The notes under the pieces: generated by a model
Databases searched by the model: none
What the model was told of the DNA's origin: nothing
Seen by the model: only the letters and a program-made list of their open reading frames with translations
From: an uncultured Cognatiyoonia sp.
GTDB lineage: Bacteria > Pseudomonadota > Alphaproteobacteria > Rhodobacterales > Rhodobacteraceae
Assembly (NCBI GenBank): GCA_964414165.1
Contig: CAYPVL010000002.1
Coordinates: 9,897-73,896, forward strand
Length of the DNA: 64,000 nucleotides
Direction of reading: 5' to 3'
Shown here: piece by piece, positions 40,489 through 51,800 of the stretch
Layout: every line of letters starts with the position of its first letter
Numbering within the stretch: position 1 is the first letter of the stretch
Program-made: the position numbers and the translations under genes

Positions 40489-41212
40489 GATCGTACTTGA
40501 TACCGAAACCACTGGCTTTGAACCCGCCGAAGGGGATCGCATCGTTGAAATCGGCGCGGTCGAACTGATTGGGCATGTCCCAACAGGCCGCACCTATCAT
40601 CAGTATATCAACCCCATGCGATCCATGCCCGAAGGTGCGTTTGGCGTGCACGGCATTGGCCCTGATCTGCTAGAGCCACCCCGCAAACCAGAACCGGGGC
40701 AGGTTATTTTGCGGGATAAGCCTGTTTTTGCAGATGTTGCCCAAGCCTTCCTTGATTTCATCGGCGATGCGACGCTTGTGATTCATAACGCTGCCTTTGA
40801 TATGAAATTCCTCAATGCCGAACTTGGTTGGCTGAACCGCCCGCTTTTGCCGATGACGCAATCGCTGGATACGCTTGCTATTGCCCGTCGTCGTTTTCCC
40901 GGCTCGCCCGCGTCATTGGATGCGCTTTGCCGGCGCTTTGGCATCGACAATTCAAACCGTACCTTGCACGGCGCGTTGCTGGACAGTGAAATCCTGGCCG
41001 AGGTCTATCTGGAATTGATCGGTGGGCGTCAGCCTGACTTTGCTTTGTCAGCACAGTCATCGGCGAAAACAGATCAAGGGGCAGGGGATGATTGGCGCCC
41101 ATCTGCACGGCCAACGCCTTTGCCATCCAAACTGACTGCCGAAGAAGCCGCCGCCCACGAAGCCTTTGTGGCAAAACTGGGCGACGACGCTTTGTGGAAT
41201 AAGCTGGCCTAG
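40481..41212 (+). CDS. dnaQ: DNA polymerase III epsilon subunit (3'-5' proofreading exonuclease)
   Basis: Exo I VLDTETTG, Exo II IHNAAFDMKFL, Exo III HGALLDSEILAEVY. Confidence 0.9.
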   Translation: MREIVLDTETTGFEPAEGDRIVEIGAVELIGHVPTGRTYHQYINPMRSMPEGAFGVHGIGPDLLEPPRKPEPGQVILRDKPVFADVAQAFLDFIGDATLVIHNAAFDMKFLNAELGWLNRPLLPMTQSLDTLAIARRRFPGSPASLDALCRRFGIDNSNRTLHGALLDSEILAEVYLELIGGRQPDFALSAQSSAKTDQGAGDDWRPSARPTPLPSKLTAEEAAAHEAFVAKLGDDALWNKLA

Positions 41213-41718
41213 TTTACGGCAGGCTTCGCTTTTTCAGCTTCCGCCCGGCGGGCGATTTCGCTGCGATACAGCGCGAGGAAGTCGATTGTCTCAAGGTTCA
41301 GTGGCGGGAAGCCACCATCACGTGACAGATCGCTGACGATGCGGCGCACGAACGGGAACGTGATCCGTGGGCATTCAATCAAAAGGTAGGGGTGCAGCTG
41401 CTCGTCCGGGATGCCTTCGATGTGAAAAATACCCGCATAATCCAACTCAAGAATAAACAGCGGATCGCCTTTTTCCTTGGTTTTGCTGGTGATGTTCAGC
41501 TTTGTGATCACCTCGTATTGGTTTTCTGCACCGCGCTTGCGTGCATCAAGATTTACCTGCACCTGAATTTCTGGCGTGGTGTCACCCTGAACGCCTTTTT
41601 GCGCCAGAATGTTTTCAAAAGACATATCGCGCACGTATTGCGCCAATACGTTGCTTTTCACCTTAGCCGCTGCTGCTGCCTGTGCTTCGCCGTTGCCAGC
41701 TTCGGGGGTATCGGACAT
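41209..41718 (-). CDS. secB: Protein-export chaperone SecB
   Basis: 169 aa. VLAQYVRDMSFE and LLIECPRITFPFVRRIVSDL.RDGGFPPL are SecB signatures. Confidence 0.9.
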   Translation of the reverse strand: MSDTPEAGNGEAQAAAAAKVKSNVLAQYVRDMSFENILAQKGVQGDTTPEIQVQVNLDARKRGAENQYEVITKLNITSKTKEKGDPLFILELDYAGIFHIEGIPDEQLHPYLLIECPRITFPFVRRIVSDLSRDGGFPPLNLETIDFLALYRSEIARRAEAEKAKPAVN

Positions 41719-41782
41719 GAGGATCGTTTCCTGAATAAATAACGTTGCCGCGTCTTATCAGCCCCGGCGTTTAGGCTCAACC

Positions 41783-42283
41783 TTAGTGCTGGGTCCACTT
41801 TGAGGGGCTATCGCTTGGCTTGACCTCTTCAAATTCCCCATCAATGACTTTGTCGTCCGGGCGCTGGGCTCTTGTTGGGGCCGGTCCCATTTGGAAGCTT
41901 TGCACATTCACCCGGCTGCGCGCGTATTTATAGACTGCCGCCCGCACTGGTGGCAGGAGAAGCGCAAAGCCCACCGCATCTGTAAAGAACCCCGGTGTCA
42001 ACAAAAGTGCCCCGGAAAACAGGATCATTGCGCCGTTCGCCAAAGGTTCGGTCGGATCGCGCATGTCAGAGAAGGACGACCGCAGGTTTTGCATTTCCCG
42101 TGCACCCTGGCTACGCACCAGCCAAGATCCGATGATCGCTGTCACAATGACGATTCCCAGCGTTGGCCAAAGCCCGATGAAACCGCCGACCTGAATAAAC
42201 AGCGCGATTTCGATCAAAGGCACCGCAATAAACGCTATCAAAAGCCACATGGGCCGTTCCCTTCCTAACAATCGTGTGGCCAA
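41783..42283 (-). CDS. fxsA: FxsA-family membrane protein
   Basis: PLIEIALFIQVGGFIG...LLLTPGFFTD..GF.LLLPPVR is the FxsA signature. Confidence 0.8.
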   Translation of the reverse strand: MATRLLGRERPMWLLIAFIAVPLIEIALFIQVGGFIGLWPTLGIVIVTAIIGSWLVRSQGAREMQNLRSSFSDMRDPTEPLANGAMILFSGALLLTPGFFTDAVGFALLLPPVRAAVYKYARSRVNVQSFQMGPAPTRAQRPDDKVIDGEFEEVKPSDSPSKWTQH

Positions 42284-42361
42284 GGTGGACTCGGCCCCTT
42301 ACCCGTCCTACATAAGGTCGGTCCTACGGCGTTACCATGCCACCCCCGAAAAGAGGTCTAA

Positions 42362-43027
42362 ATGAACAATCCCATTCTCCAGCTTGTGGTTCTTGCGGCC
42401 ATTGCGGTTTTCCTGATCCTGCGCCTGCGCGGCGTGCTGGGCACGCGGGAAGGGTTCGAAAAGCCACCAGTGCAACAATCCAGCCGTCGTGCCATCCCGC
42501 CGGGTCGCCCCGATTTGGAAGTGATCGAAGGTGGCCCCGATCATGATATCATCGACCATGTGCCTGAGAATAGCGATTCCGCTATTCATCTTGCTGCGAT
42601 GAAGCGTGTTGATAATACATTCAATGTATCTGAATTTCTGTCAGGCGCCCGCAGTGCCTATGAGATGATCCTCATGGCCTTTGAGCGCGGTGATCTTGCG
42701 TCGATCAAGGATTTTCTGTCAGACGATGTATACGAAGCGTTTGAATCCGTCGTCAACGACCGCAAGGAAAAGGGTCTGACGATTGATGCAAACTTTATTG
42801 GTGTCAGTGATCTGCGCCTTGCCCAAGCCGAATTTGACGAAGACACAAACGAGGCTGAGCTAACCATGCGCTTCAAAGGTGAGCTGACCTATCAGGTCCG
42901 CGATGCCGCTGGCGATGTGGTTGAAGGAAGCGAAAACGAAGTGAAGCGCCAGAAAGACGTCTGGACCTTTGCCCGCGTGATGGGCACCGATGATCCCAAC
43001 TGGATCCTTGTCGCGACGGGCGAATGA
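42362..43027 (+). CDS. Tim44-like domain protein
   Basis: N-terminal TM segment, then the Tim44 C-terminal-like fold (FLSGARSAYEMI..AF..GD...L..D.VY..F; W.FAR...DPNW.LV). Confidence 0.8.
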   Translation: MNNPILQLVVLAAIAVFLILRLRGVLGTREGFEKPPVQQSSRRAIPPGRPDLEVIEGGPDHDIIDHVPENSDSAIHLAAMKRVDNTFNVSEFLSGARSAYEMILMAFERGDLASIKDFLSDDVYEAFESVVNDRKEKGLTIDANFIGVSDLRLAQAEFDEDTNEAELTMRFKGELTYQVRDAAGDVVEGSENEVKRQKDVWTFARVMGTDDPNWILVATGE

Positions 43028-44058
43028 TCAGACAGGGGCTGGCAGGCATATGGACTTCGCTTATGCTGGCGGCCCCTGCCATGGCTGAACCGACGTACAC
43101 TTTACTGGACTATGCCGATCTGGATGGCTGGGCTGCGGATGATCATGCCGCCGCCCTTTCCGTTTTCACCGATACCTGCGGCGATATTTCCCGCCCTGAA
43201 TGGGCCCGATTGTGTGCTTTTGCCAAAGATGCACCCCCGGCGCGTGATTTCTTTGAAACCTTCTTTCAGCCTGTCCTGATCGAAGACGGAGAGCCGATGC
43301 TGTTTACAGGATATTATGAACCCGAGATTGCGGGCGCCTTGGCCCCCTCGGACGTTTACCAATATCCAATCTACCGCGTCCCTCCGGATTTGGTTGAAGG
43401 CCGATCCTATCTGTCCCGCCGTGAGATTGATGAGACGGATGCGCTTAAGAACAAATCCCTTGAAATTGCATGGCTTGCTGACCCGGTTGATCTGTTCTTT
43501 TTACAGGTGCAAGGGTCTGGCCGTATTCGTCTGCCCGATGGCAGTGTGATCCGTGTGGGATATGGCGGCAAAAACGGGCGCGAATATTCCTCTGTTGGGC
43601 AGGCTTTGGTCGCCCGTGGCGTGTACAAACCCCATCAAGTGTCTGCTGATGTGATTCGCAGCTACGTGCGCCAAAACCCAGAAGAGGGGCAAAAGCTTCT
43701 TTGGTTGAACGAAAGCTATGTTTTCTTTCGCGAAGTGAACGAAGTGCCCCCCGAAAAGGGCCCATTGGGTGCGATGGATCGTTCGATCACGCCGATGCGG
43801 TCAATTGCTGTTGATCCAAGTATCACGATCCTTGGCGCGCCTGTTTGGATTGAAAAGGCTGGTGCAGACCCTTTGAATCGATTGATGATTGCGCAAGACA
43901 CGGGCTCTGCCATCAAAGGTGCCCAGCGCGCCGATATTTTCTATGGAACCGGCGATGCTGCAGGCCGTGCTGCCGGACAGATCAAGGATGGCGGGCGCAT
44001 GGTTGTGCTGATGCCCGTTGAATATGCCTTGGCCAAAACGGCGCAAGATGCGCAATGA
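43024..44058 (+). CDS. mltA: Membrane-bound lytic murein transglycosylase A
   Basis: MltA domain (FTGYYEP, LQVQGSGR) and 3D domain (SIAVDPS...DTGSAIKG..RADIFYG). Confidence 0.85.
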   Translation: MIRQGLAGIWTSLMLAAPAMAEPTYTLLDYADLDGWAADDHAAALSVFTDTCGDISRPEWARLCAFAKDAPPARDFFETFFQPVLIEDGEPMLFTGYYEPEIAGALAPSDVYQYPIYRVPPDLVEGRSYLSRREIDETDALKNKSLEIAWLADPVDLFFLQVQGSGRIRLPDGSVIRVGYGGKNGREYSSVGQALVARGVYKPHQVSADVIRSYVRQNPEEGQKLLWLNESYVFFREVNEVPPEKGPLGAMDRSITPMRSIAVDPSITILGAPVWIEKAGADPLNRLMIAQDTGSAIKGAQRADIFYGTGDAAGRAAGQIKDGGRMVVLMPVEYALAKTAQDAQ

Positions 44059-44633
44059 AACGGCCCCGCCACCTTTCGCCGGATGAAAAGGCGCTTTGGG
44101 ATCGCGTTGCCGCCCGCGCCACCCCAATGAAGCCAGAGCAGAAGGCCGAGGTGCCTTTGTCTGCACCTATGTCAAATAAACCAAAACGCGATCCGATCGC
44201 AGCGTTTGAAGTTGGTGCAAAGGTAACCGAAGTCGCGCGCCATAACCTTGCCCCCGGTATTGGCATGCAGTTGCGCCGTGCCCCTTTGCAAATGGATGCC
44301 AAATCCTTTGGGCAAATGACCCGTGGCAAACTCAAACCCGAAGCCCGGATTGACCTGCACGGCATGACCGTGGCCGAGGCACATCCCGAACTTGTAGACT
44401 TTGTGCTGCGCGCCCATGCGGATGGAAAGCGTCTGGTTTTGGTCATCACAGGCAAGGGCAAGATGCGCGATGATGGTGGGGCGATCCCCGTGCGCCACGG
44501 TATTTTGCGCCATCAGGTCCCGCAGTGGTTATCTTTGCCGCCGCTGTCATCCTGCGTTTTGCAAGTCACCCCATCGCATAAGCGCCACGGGGGTGAGGGG
44601 GCGTATTACGTTTATCTACGCCGCCAGCGCTAG
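44055..44633 (+). CDS. Smr-domain protein
   Basis: C-terminal Smr domain: IDLHGMTVAEA...LVITGKG...GILR..VP.WL. Confidence 0.8.
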   Translation: MKRPRHLSPDEKALWDRVAARATPMKPEQKAEVPLSAPMSNKPKRDPIAAFEVGAKVTEVARHNLAPGIGMQLRRAPLQMDAKSFGQMTRGKLKPEARIDLHGMTVAEAHPELVDFVLRAHADGKRLVLVITGKGKMRDDGGAIPVRHGILRHQVPQWLSLPPLSSCVLQVTPSHKRHGGEGAYYVYLRRQR

Positions 44634-45851
44634 ACTGCGTTTCCAGATCGCGACGGGGTAAAGCAAAAGCAATGCAGCCCCTGCAAAGCAGGCAGCATAG
44701 CCTAGCATCTGCACTTCGAACCCGATCCCAGCGTCAATCAAGAACCCGCTCAGCCCCGGCCCAATGGCCGAGCCAAGCACCATCAATGCCGTCACTGCGG
44801 CCTTGATCGACCCAAGGTTCTTGGTGCCATAAAATTCGGCCCAGCAAGCGTTCAGCAATGTTGCTTGCCCACCGCCTGCAAGCCCCATCAGGATCACCGC
44901 CAATGCTGTCCAGCCCAAGGCGGGCGCGTACCAATGGAGGATGAAGGCCAGCACATAGGGGATCAAGTAGAAGGGAAGCAATCGCACTGCCCCAAACCTA
45001 TCAATCGCCCAGCCGAAGATGATTGTAGAGGTGGCGAGGCTTGCTGTGCCAAGCGGGAAGACAGACACAAGAGCAAGATGGCTGAACCCTTTGATTTCGG
45101 CAAAATGGACCTGATGAAACCAGAACGCCGTTCCAAAGCCTGAAAATGACATAACCGCCGGGGCCATCGCCCAAAAGAGGGGATTGCGCAGCGCCTCCAT
45201 CCGCGTCCAGTGTTTGCCGCCCATACCCAAGGATTGGTTACTGGCGGCACTTGATTGCGGAGAGCGTTCAAGCTTCAAAAGCCGAAACAGCACAAACGCG
45301 GCCCCGGCGCAGAAAATCGCAAAACAAACCCACAGTATGCGCCAATCAATCATGGATTTCAGCCAGACCATGATCAGTGGCAAACTGGCCTCGCCAATCA
45401 TAAAGCCAAGCCCCGCGACGGCCAGCGCCCGCCCACGCGTTGCCACAAACCAACGGGCCATCGCAACCACGGCAACGTGGCTTGTCATCCCTTGCCCGAA
45501 AAAGCGCAGCGTGAAGACGACGAAGGGGAGGAGGGCGGCAATGGGGTTCCACGCCATCAGTAGGCAGGACAATCCCAGCAGCAAAACCACGGTGACCCCC
45601 AGCGTGCGCACCCGGAACACATCCGCAAGCATCCCCGCAAAAACCATCACCGCCGCCGAGGCCCCGGTGCCGATCATATAGATCAAGCCCCAGTCCCCAT
45701 TGCTTAGCGAATAGGCTGCGCGGATCTCGCCCCCGAAGATCGCGATAAAGAAGGTTTGCCCGAAGCTGGATAGAAACGACAGCAACGCGCCCACCGCAAG
45801 GAAGGGCGCATTGGCGCGTATGAAGGCGATGTATCCAGTCGGGGCAGTCAT
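44616..45851 (-). CDS. MFS transporter
   Basis: 411 aa, about 12 TM segments, with a typical MFS loop (MLADVFRVR). 18-nt convergent overlap with smr. Confidence 0.8.
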   Translation of the reverse strand: MTAPTGYIAFIRANAPFLAVGALLSFLSSFGQTFFIAIFGGEIRAAYSLSNGDWGLIYMIGTGASAAVMVFAGMLADVFRVRTLGVTVVLLLGLSCLLMAWNPIAALLPFVVFTLRFFGQGMTSHVAVVAMARWFVATRGRALAVAGLGFMIGEASLPLIMVWLKSMIDWRILWVCFAIFCAGAAFVLFRLLKLERSPQSSAASNQSLGMGGKHWTRMEALRNPLFWAMAPAVMSFSGFGTAFWFHQVHFAEIKGFSHLALVSVFPLGTASLATSTIIFGWAIDRFGAVRLLPFYLIPYVLAFILHWYAPALGWTALAVILMGLAGGGQATLLNACWAEFYGTKNLGSIKAAVTALMVLGSAIGPGLSGFLIDAGIGFEVQMLGYAACFAGAALLLLYPVAIWKRSLALAA

Positions 45852-45888
45852 GCCCCTTGATGGGATGGATTATCGTCGCGCGAAAGCC

Positions 45889-47199
45889 CTAAAGCACGTA
45901 GCGGCTGATGTCGGTGCTGCGGGCCAGTTCGCCCAAGTGTTCCTCAACAAAGGCCGCATCCACGGTGATCTCATCTCCGGCCCGGTCGGGGGCAGAGAAG
46001 GACAGGTCTTCGAACACCCGCTCGATCACGGTATAAAGGCGGCGGGCACCGATGTTTTCGACGCTTTCGTTCACCTCGGCTGCGATCTTGGCAAGGGCTT
46101 TGATCCCGTCTTCGGCGAAGGTCACGGTGACCTCTTCGGTTTTCATGAGTGCTGTGTATTGCAGGGTGAGGGCGTTGTCGGTTTCGGTCAGGATGCGCAC
46201 AAAGTCATCCTCGGTCAGGGCGCGCAACTCGACGCGGATGGGCAGGCGCCCTTGTAATTCAGGCAGCAGGTCGGACGGCTTGGCAACATGGAACGCGCCG
46301 GAGGCGATGAACAGGATATGGTCTGTTTTGATCGGGCCATGCTTTGTAGAAACGGTTGTGCCTTCAATCAAAGGCAGCAGATCGCGCTGCACGCCTTCGC
46401 GCGATACATCTGCGCCACGGGCATCGGCGCGGGCGCAAACTTTGTCGATTTCATCCAAGAACACGATGCCGTTTTGTTCAACCGCCTCAAGTGCGGCTTT
46501 GGTGACGGTTTCATCATCCAGCAGTTTGTCGGCCTCATCCGCGATCAGTGCATCATAGCTTTCGGCCACAGTCATGCGTTTCTTCACCGTGCGCCCGCCC
46601 ATGGCTTTGCCGAACAGATCGCCAATGTTCATCATGCCGCCCATGCCAGCACCCGGCTGGCCGGGGATTTCGAAACCGCCCATGGGGTTGGAATTATCGG
46701 TCAACTCAAGCTCGATCATAGTGTTATCCAGATCGCCCGCCTTCAGTTTCTTGCGAAACATATCACGGGTGCCTTCACGGGCATCGGGGCCAGCGACGGC
46801 ATCAATCACGCGATCTTCTGCGGCTTGCTGGGCATTCGCTTTCACATCATCGCGCATATATTCGCGGGTGTCGTTGATCGCAGCCTCAATCAAATCACGA
46901 ATAATCTGTTCGACATCGCGGCCTACATAGCCAACCTCGGTGAACTTCGTTGCCTCGACCTTGATGAACGGCGCGCGGGCCAGCTTGGCCAAGCGGCGCG
47001 AGATTTCGGTCTTACCCACACCTGTGGGCCCAATCATGAGGATGTTCTTTGGATAAACCTCGTCGCGCAGATCATCGCCCAGCTGCTTGCGCCGCCACCG
47101 ATTGCGCAGCGCGACGGCGACCGCACGTTTGGCATCGTTCTGTCCGATGATGAACCGGTCAAGTTCTGAAACGATTTCGCGGGGGGTGAGGTCTGTCAT
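45889..47199 (-). CDS. hslU: ATP-dependent protease ATPase subunit HslU
   Basis: [17 protein letters not shown]. Walker [10 protein letters not shown]. Walker [10 protein letters not shown]. Confidence 0.95.
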   Translation of the reverse strand: MTDLTPREIVSELDRFIIGQNDAKRAVAVALRNRWRRKQLGDDLRDEVYPKNILMIGPTGVGKTEISRRLAKLARAPFIKVEATKFTEVGYVGRDVEQIIRDLIEAAINDTREYMRDDVKANAQQAAEDRVIDAVAGPDAREGTRDMFRKKLKAGDLDNTMIELELTDNSNPMGGFEIPGQPGAGMGGMMNIGDLFGKAMGGRTVKKRMTVAESYDALIADEADKLLDDETVTKAALEAVEQNGIVFLDEIDKVCARADARGADVSREGVQRDLLPLIEGTTVSTKHGPIKTDHILFIASGAFHVAKPSDLLPELQGRLPIRVELRALTEDDFVRILTETDNALTLQYTALMKTEEVTVTFAEDGIKALAKIAAEVNESVENIGARRLYTVIERVFEDLSFSAPDRAGDEITVDAAFVEEHLGELARSTDISRYVL

Positions 47200-47225
47200 G
47201 ATGTGATCACTCGATGTGTTAAGAA

Positions 47226-47255
47226 GAGAGGGGAAATATCAGCAGGTCGTTCAAG
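47226..47255 (-). promoter_or_regulatory. Possible sigma32-type promoter for hslU
   Basis: The minus strand reads CTTGAAC-N15-CCCCTCTC, ending about 27 nt before the hslU ATG. The -35 is good; the -10 matches only the CCCC core. Confidence 0.3.
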
Positions 47256-47337
47256 CATTGTTCACAAACCCGTGCACGGCATAGCTTTGACAGAATGTCG
47301 CAGGTAGCTTGGCTGCAACGCAATTACGGAGAATCCC

Positions 47338-47703
47338 ATGCAACGTCGTACTTTTCTGATCGCTGGCCTGTCGCTGGCCGCCACCCCCGCTTTCGCCGGA
47401 GGCCATGGCCGTCTTGGTAACTTTCGCGGGCTGAGCAACCATATCACCACGGGCACTGCTGAATTGGCCGCCGATGGTGTCCAATTGTTGGATGACTTTA
47501 CCTTTGACGGTGCCCCCGATCCAAAGGTCGCGCTGGGCAAGGATGGGGCTTATGATCCGTCCACGCTGATGGGTCCGCTGCGCAGCAACACAGGCGCGTC
47601 CAAGTACAGCCTGCCTGCGGGCATTAACCCCGACGACTATAACGAGGTTTACATCTGGTGCGAGCGTTTCAACGTCCCGCTGGGCGTCGCCCCTGTTAGC
47701 TGA
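47338..47703 (+). CDS. Secreted DM13-like domain protein (tentative)
   Basis: 121 aa. Signal peptide with [23 protein letters not shown]...[18 protein letters not shown] and [15 protein letters not shown] resemble the DM13 domain as I recall it. Encoded opposite to hslV and hslU. Confidence 0.5.
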   Translation: MQRRTFLIAGLSLAATPAFAGGHGRLGNFRGLSNHITTGTAELAADGVQLLDDFTFDGAPDPKVALGKDGAYDPSTLMGPLRSNTGASKYSLPAGINPDDYNEVYIWCERFNVPLGVAPVS

Positions 47704-48250
47704 TCGTTTCAACGGTCAGATTTCCATTCGTATAAACACAAATGTCCGCCGCGATACCCATCGCGCGGCGGGCAATCTCTTCGGCCTTCAAGTCGCTGTC
47801 CATGAGCGCGCGACCAGCGGCCAGGGCAAAGTTCCCGCCTGATCCAATGGCCGTGACATCATGTTCGGGCTCAAGCACGTCGCCAGCACCGGTGATGACG
47901 AACAGATCGGTTCCATCACTGACAATCAACATCGCTTCCAGCTTCTGGAGATATTTGTCGGTGCGCCAGTCTTTGGCAAGCTCGACCGAGGCGCGGGCAA
48001 GTTGGCCCGGTGTCGCCTCAAGCTTTTTCTCAAGCCGCTCAAGCAGGGTGAAAGCATCCGCTGTTGATCCGGCAAAACCGCAGACCACATCGTTTCCACC
48101 GGGGGACAGACGGCGCACTTTCTTGGCAGTGCCTTTCATGACGGTCTGACCAACGCTGACCTGCCCATCGCCCGCAATCACCACTTCACCACCTTTGCGC
48201 ACACCGATGATCGTGGTGCCGTGCCAACCGGGGAATTCTTCTTTCGCCAT
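47696..48250 (-). CDS. hslV: ATP-dependent protease subunit HslV
   Basis: [12 protein letters not shown] (the catalytic N-terminal Thr after processing). GSGGNFA. Confidence 0.95.
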   Translation of the reverse strand: MAKEEFPGWHGTTIIGVRKGGEVVIAGDGQVSVGQTVMKGTAKKVRRLSPGGNDVVCGFAGSTADAFTLLERLEKKLEATPGQLARASVELAKDWRTDKYLQKLEAMLIVSDGTDLFVITGAGDVLEPEHDVTAIGSGGNFALAAGRALMDSDLKAEEIARRAMGIAADICVYTNGNLTVETIS

Positions 48251-48274
48251 CTGTCTCGTCCTTTTGGTTAAGAC

Positions 48275-48306
48275 CTATATGGCGGCGGGTAGCGGAATGG
48301 ACAAGG
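48275..48306 (-). promoter_or_regulatory. Candidate sigma32 (heat-shock) promoter of hslV
   Basis: The minus strand reads CCTTGTCC-N14-CGCCATATAG (consensus CTTGAAA-N13-15-CCCCATnT), ending 24 nt before the hslV ATG. An AAGGA RBS lies in between. Confidence 0.4.
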
Positions 48307-48427
48307 TGATGGCTGTGCTTTGATGCAAAGTCGTAAAGATGAACGCGCCAAAATTCTTGTACAAACCCAGACAACCTGCCGTTTCGTCTAGTACAAACCT
48401 AACACTTCCGGCCACCCAACTTGGTTT

Positions 48428-48460
48428 TCAAAAGCAAAAAGGCGCCCCAATGGGACGCCT
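48428..48460 (-). terminator. Intrinsic terminator of trxA
   Basis: Hairpin AAGGCGCCCC-AAT-GGGACGCCTT (one mismatch) at 48438-48460, 21 nt after the trxA stop. The minus strand continues TTTGCTTTTG. Confidence 0.6.
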
Positions 48461-48481
48461 TCTTTTGAATTTGTGGGTCGC

Positions 48482-48802
48482 TTAGATCGACTCTTCGATC
48501 CAACCTTGAAGCGCTGCTTTGGGTGCAGCGCCTGTTTTATTTGATACGACTTCGCCGCCTTTAAACATGAACAGCGCCGGGATGCCGCGCACGCCCATCT
48601 GGGCGGGAGAGTTGGGGTTTTCGTCGACGTTGACTTTGACGATTTTCACTTTGCCTTCCATCTCGGCGGACAGCTCTTCAAGTGCTGGGCCGATCTGCTT
48701 ACATGGGCCACACCATTCCGCCCAGAAATCCACCACAACGGGGATATCGGACTGGCGCACTTCGGCGTCGAATGTAGCATCGGTGACTGCGACTGTGGCC
48801 AT
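48482..48802 (-). CDS. trxA: Thioredoxin
   Basis: 106 aa. WAEWCGPCK active site. Confidence 0.95.
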   Translation of the reverse strand: MATVAVTDATFDAEVRQSDIPVVVDFWAEWCGPCKQIGPALEELSAEMEGKVKIVKVNVDENPNSPAQMGVRGIPALFMFKGGEVVSNKTGAAPKAALQGWIEESI

Positions 48803-48863
48803 GATGGGCCTCCTTGGGATCGGTTGTTTCAGAAAGCGAACCTATGAGCGCCGGGCAGGGGCG

Positions 48864-51800
48864 TCAAGGGACGGTCACGCGGTTGAGAGCGTTTGAAATA
48901 AGTGCTTCCGGCATCCGCATTAATGATCCTGTTTGGGTCCAAAGAATAGCCGTTTCAATCCGGTGGGTTGGGTAGATTTCCTGCAACCCGGCGGCATATG
49001 CCCCCATCTGTCGCAGCAGCCCTTCGGGGGTTTTCTCTGGCGCGCTGGGCACCAGCCGGTTGGTTTTGAAATCAACGGCAAGGATACTGTCATCATGGAT
49101 GTGCAGCAGGTCAATCGCCCCGTGCATGCGCGCATTTAGCACCGGCGCGGTGATGCTGACCTCGAACAATGCTTCCGTAGTGAAAAGGTCAGCGAGGTCC
49201 GGTTTATTGATCAGCGCGCTTACCTCACTGACCAGTTCTTCCGCATTCGCCGTATAATCGGGGCTGGCGCTGATCAGCTTATGCCCAAGCGTTTCCCTTT
49301 CGGCGATGGGGGCGTGGGGCAGGTGTTCAAGCAGTAAGTGAACAAGCCGCCCTTTGGCCAAAGCGGCGTCTTTGTCTTCGCCTGCTGGATCACCCGCTAG
49401 CACCTTTGCGCCCCCAAGGTCTGAGGGCGAAAGGGTTTTTGATTTTATGATATCGGGCAAAGGCGGGAATTCAGGGGGCAGCACTTTTGAAGCTGCTGCG
49501 GCCTCGACCGCGATCAGCGGCAGGCTGTCCCAATCCCCATGCGCCACGCGTTTGATTGCTTGATCACCGACGAATGCATCAACGCTGCCAGAGCGTGTTA
49601 TCCCTTCCTCGGCAATGCGGTACCAGCTTTCGCCGGATTCACCGACATTGCCCGCAGCTGCAATGATCAACCACTTTTCGGCCCGCGTCATCGCCACGTA
49701 AAGCAGCCGCATCCGTTCGCGTTCCTGCGCGGCAAGGATGCTTTCCTTCTTGGCGGCCAAGGCGGGTGGCGTTTCATCCTTTGGCGTTTTCCAAAACACC
49801 GCATCGTCAATTTCATAAATCTCTGCGCGGTCTTTGTTGTCGCGCTTCTGCGTTTCTGGCAGGAACACAATCGGCGCTTCAAGGCCCTTTGCCCCATGCA
49901 CTGTCATGACCCGAATGCGGTTGCCTTGATTGTCCATCTGCCGTTTGACCTCAAGGTCGTCGGTCTGCATCCACGACAGGAACCCAGTGAGGCTGGGAAC
50001 GGCATTGGATTCATAAGCAAGGGCTTGGGAGAGTAGTGCGTCAATCCCGTCTTCTGCCTCGGCCCCCAGCCGCGCGAGCAAGTTGCGACGTCCGTCATGC
50101 CGGGTAAGGATGCGTTCGATCAGATCATAAGGGCGCAGAAAGTCGGATTGCCTGCGCAGGTCGTCAAGGATTGCACGGGTCTGTGGGTAGGCATCGCTTT
50201 CGCGCATGGCTGTCCAGAGGAAGGTTTTCTCGGGCCGGTGATGGGCAAGGGTGAAAAGGTCTTGTTCTGTCCAGCCGAAAAGCGGAGAGCGCAGGGCGCA
50301 GGCGAGAGAGAAGTCATCTTCTGGCAGCGCGAGGAAGTTCAACAGGGCCGCAAGATCACGCACCGCGAGTTCAGCACCGACCCGCAGGCGGTCCGCGCCA
50401 GCAATGTTCAAACCCTCTGCTTTACAGGCCCGAATGATTTCGGAAAACAGTTCAGAGCGGCGTTGCACAAGGATCAGGATATCGCCTTCGGTTACTTTGC
50501 GGCGCGTGTAGGTGTCGGTGTTGCCGACCTCGACCGGGATGGTTTCCTCAAGTGTCATCCGTTTGATTTCGGCTGCGATCTGATTGGCCAGTTGCACGTT
50601 GTGGTGTGTGTCGCTGGTCTTGTCGACGGGATCGAACCAATCGCGGGTATCATCCTCTTTCACGTTGGGTTCGATCACGGGCCAAAGATCCACGCGACCG
50701 GGCATGTTTTCTTTGAAGGCGGTGTGAAACACTTCCTTGTCCAAGCCATCACCGCGATGATCGGCAAACGTGTCATCAACGACGCGGAGGATCGCCTGGG
50801 AAGATCGGAAAGAGTGTTGCAGGATTTCTGGATGCAGTTTGTCGTTCGCCGCTTTCAGCTTTTCATCGAAATGTGCCTGCATCTGATCAAACTCATCCGG
50901 GTCGGCCCCTTGGAAGGAATAGATCGACTGCTTCTTGTCGCCCACAACGAACACCGTGCGCCGCTTGTCAGACCGCGCGCCCTCGCCGCTCATGAACTCA
51001 GCTGTAAGGTGTTTGATCACCGCCCATTGATCGGGCGACGTATCCTGCGCCTCGTCTACCAGCAGGTGATCGATCCCGCCATCCAGCCGGAAGAGGACCC
51101 ATTGCGCAACACGTTCATCCGTCAAAAGCATGCGTGCTTTGCGGATGAGGTCCTCAAAGTCCAGCATTCCCATGGCTGTTTTGCGCGCCTCATAGGCAGG
51201 CACAAAGGCCTGGCCGAAGGCGTAAAGGGCTTGGGTACGGGCAAGCGCGTTCAGCTTCAACCGATCAAACCGTCTGTGTGCAACGGTTTCCATCAGAATA
51301 TTCAGGTCATCAATCACATCGGGGTGCGCCTGACGTGTGCCCTTATTGGGAAAGGCGTCGACCTTAGCGCTAAACGGGCCCGATTTGGCCTTTTCTTTAT
51401 AAAGTAAGACATCTTCGAGGATCAGCAAGTCAGCAGTGCCGGGTTGGGCGAAATTGATCTTGGTAAGCTTGGCTGCGGCTTTCATCTCAGTCGCGCCGCC
51501 TTTTGCGCAGATCGCAGTGATGGATTTGAGTGTCTGGATTTCATCCCGGCCAAACACATTCGCCAGCAACATATCCAGCGTTAGCCCCTCGGCCAGATCA
51601 AGCGTTTGGCGCAAGGCGGCCTCGGACGGTGGATCTGTGAAATGATCGCGGCGCTGGGCAATCTCGGCGACCAGTTTGTCGATCTCGGCCCCGGTAAAAT
51701 GCTGCAACACGCCAAGAACAGCATCCTGATGCGGCCCTTCGACCATCTGGTCAAGCACATCAGCACGCAGCAATTCGGACGTGCGGTCTTCCATCTCGCG

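Noticed and set aside
47251-47712. 153-aa minus-strand ORF between hslV and hslU, which would keep everything on one strand.
   Set aside because: The translation is a compositionally odd Arg/Gln/Gly-rich string with no signal or motif. The plus-strand frame has a clean signal peptide and DM13-like motifs.
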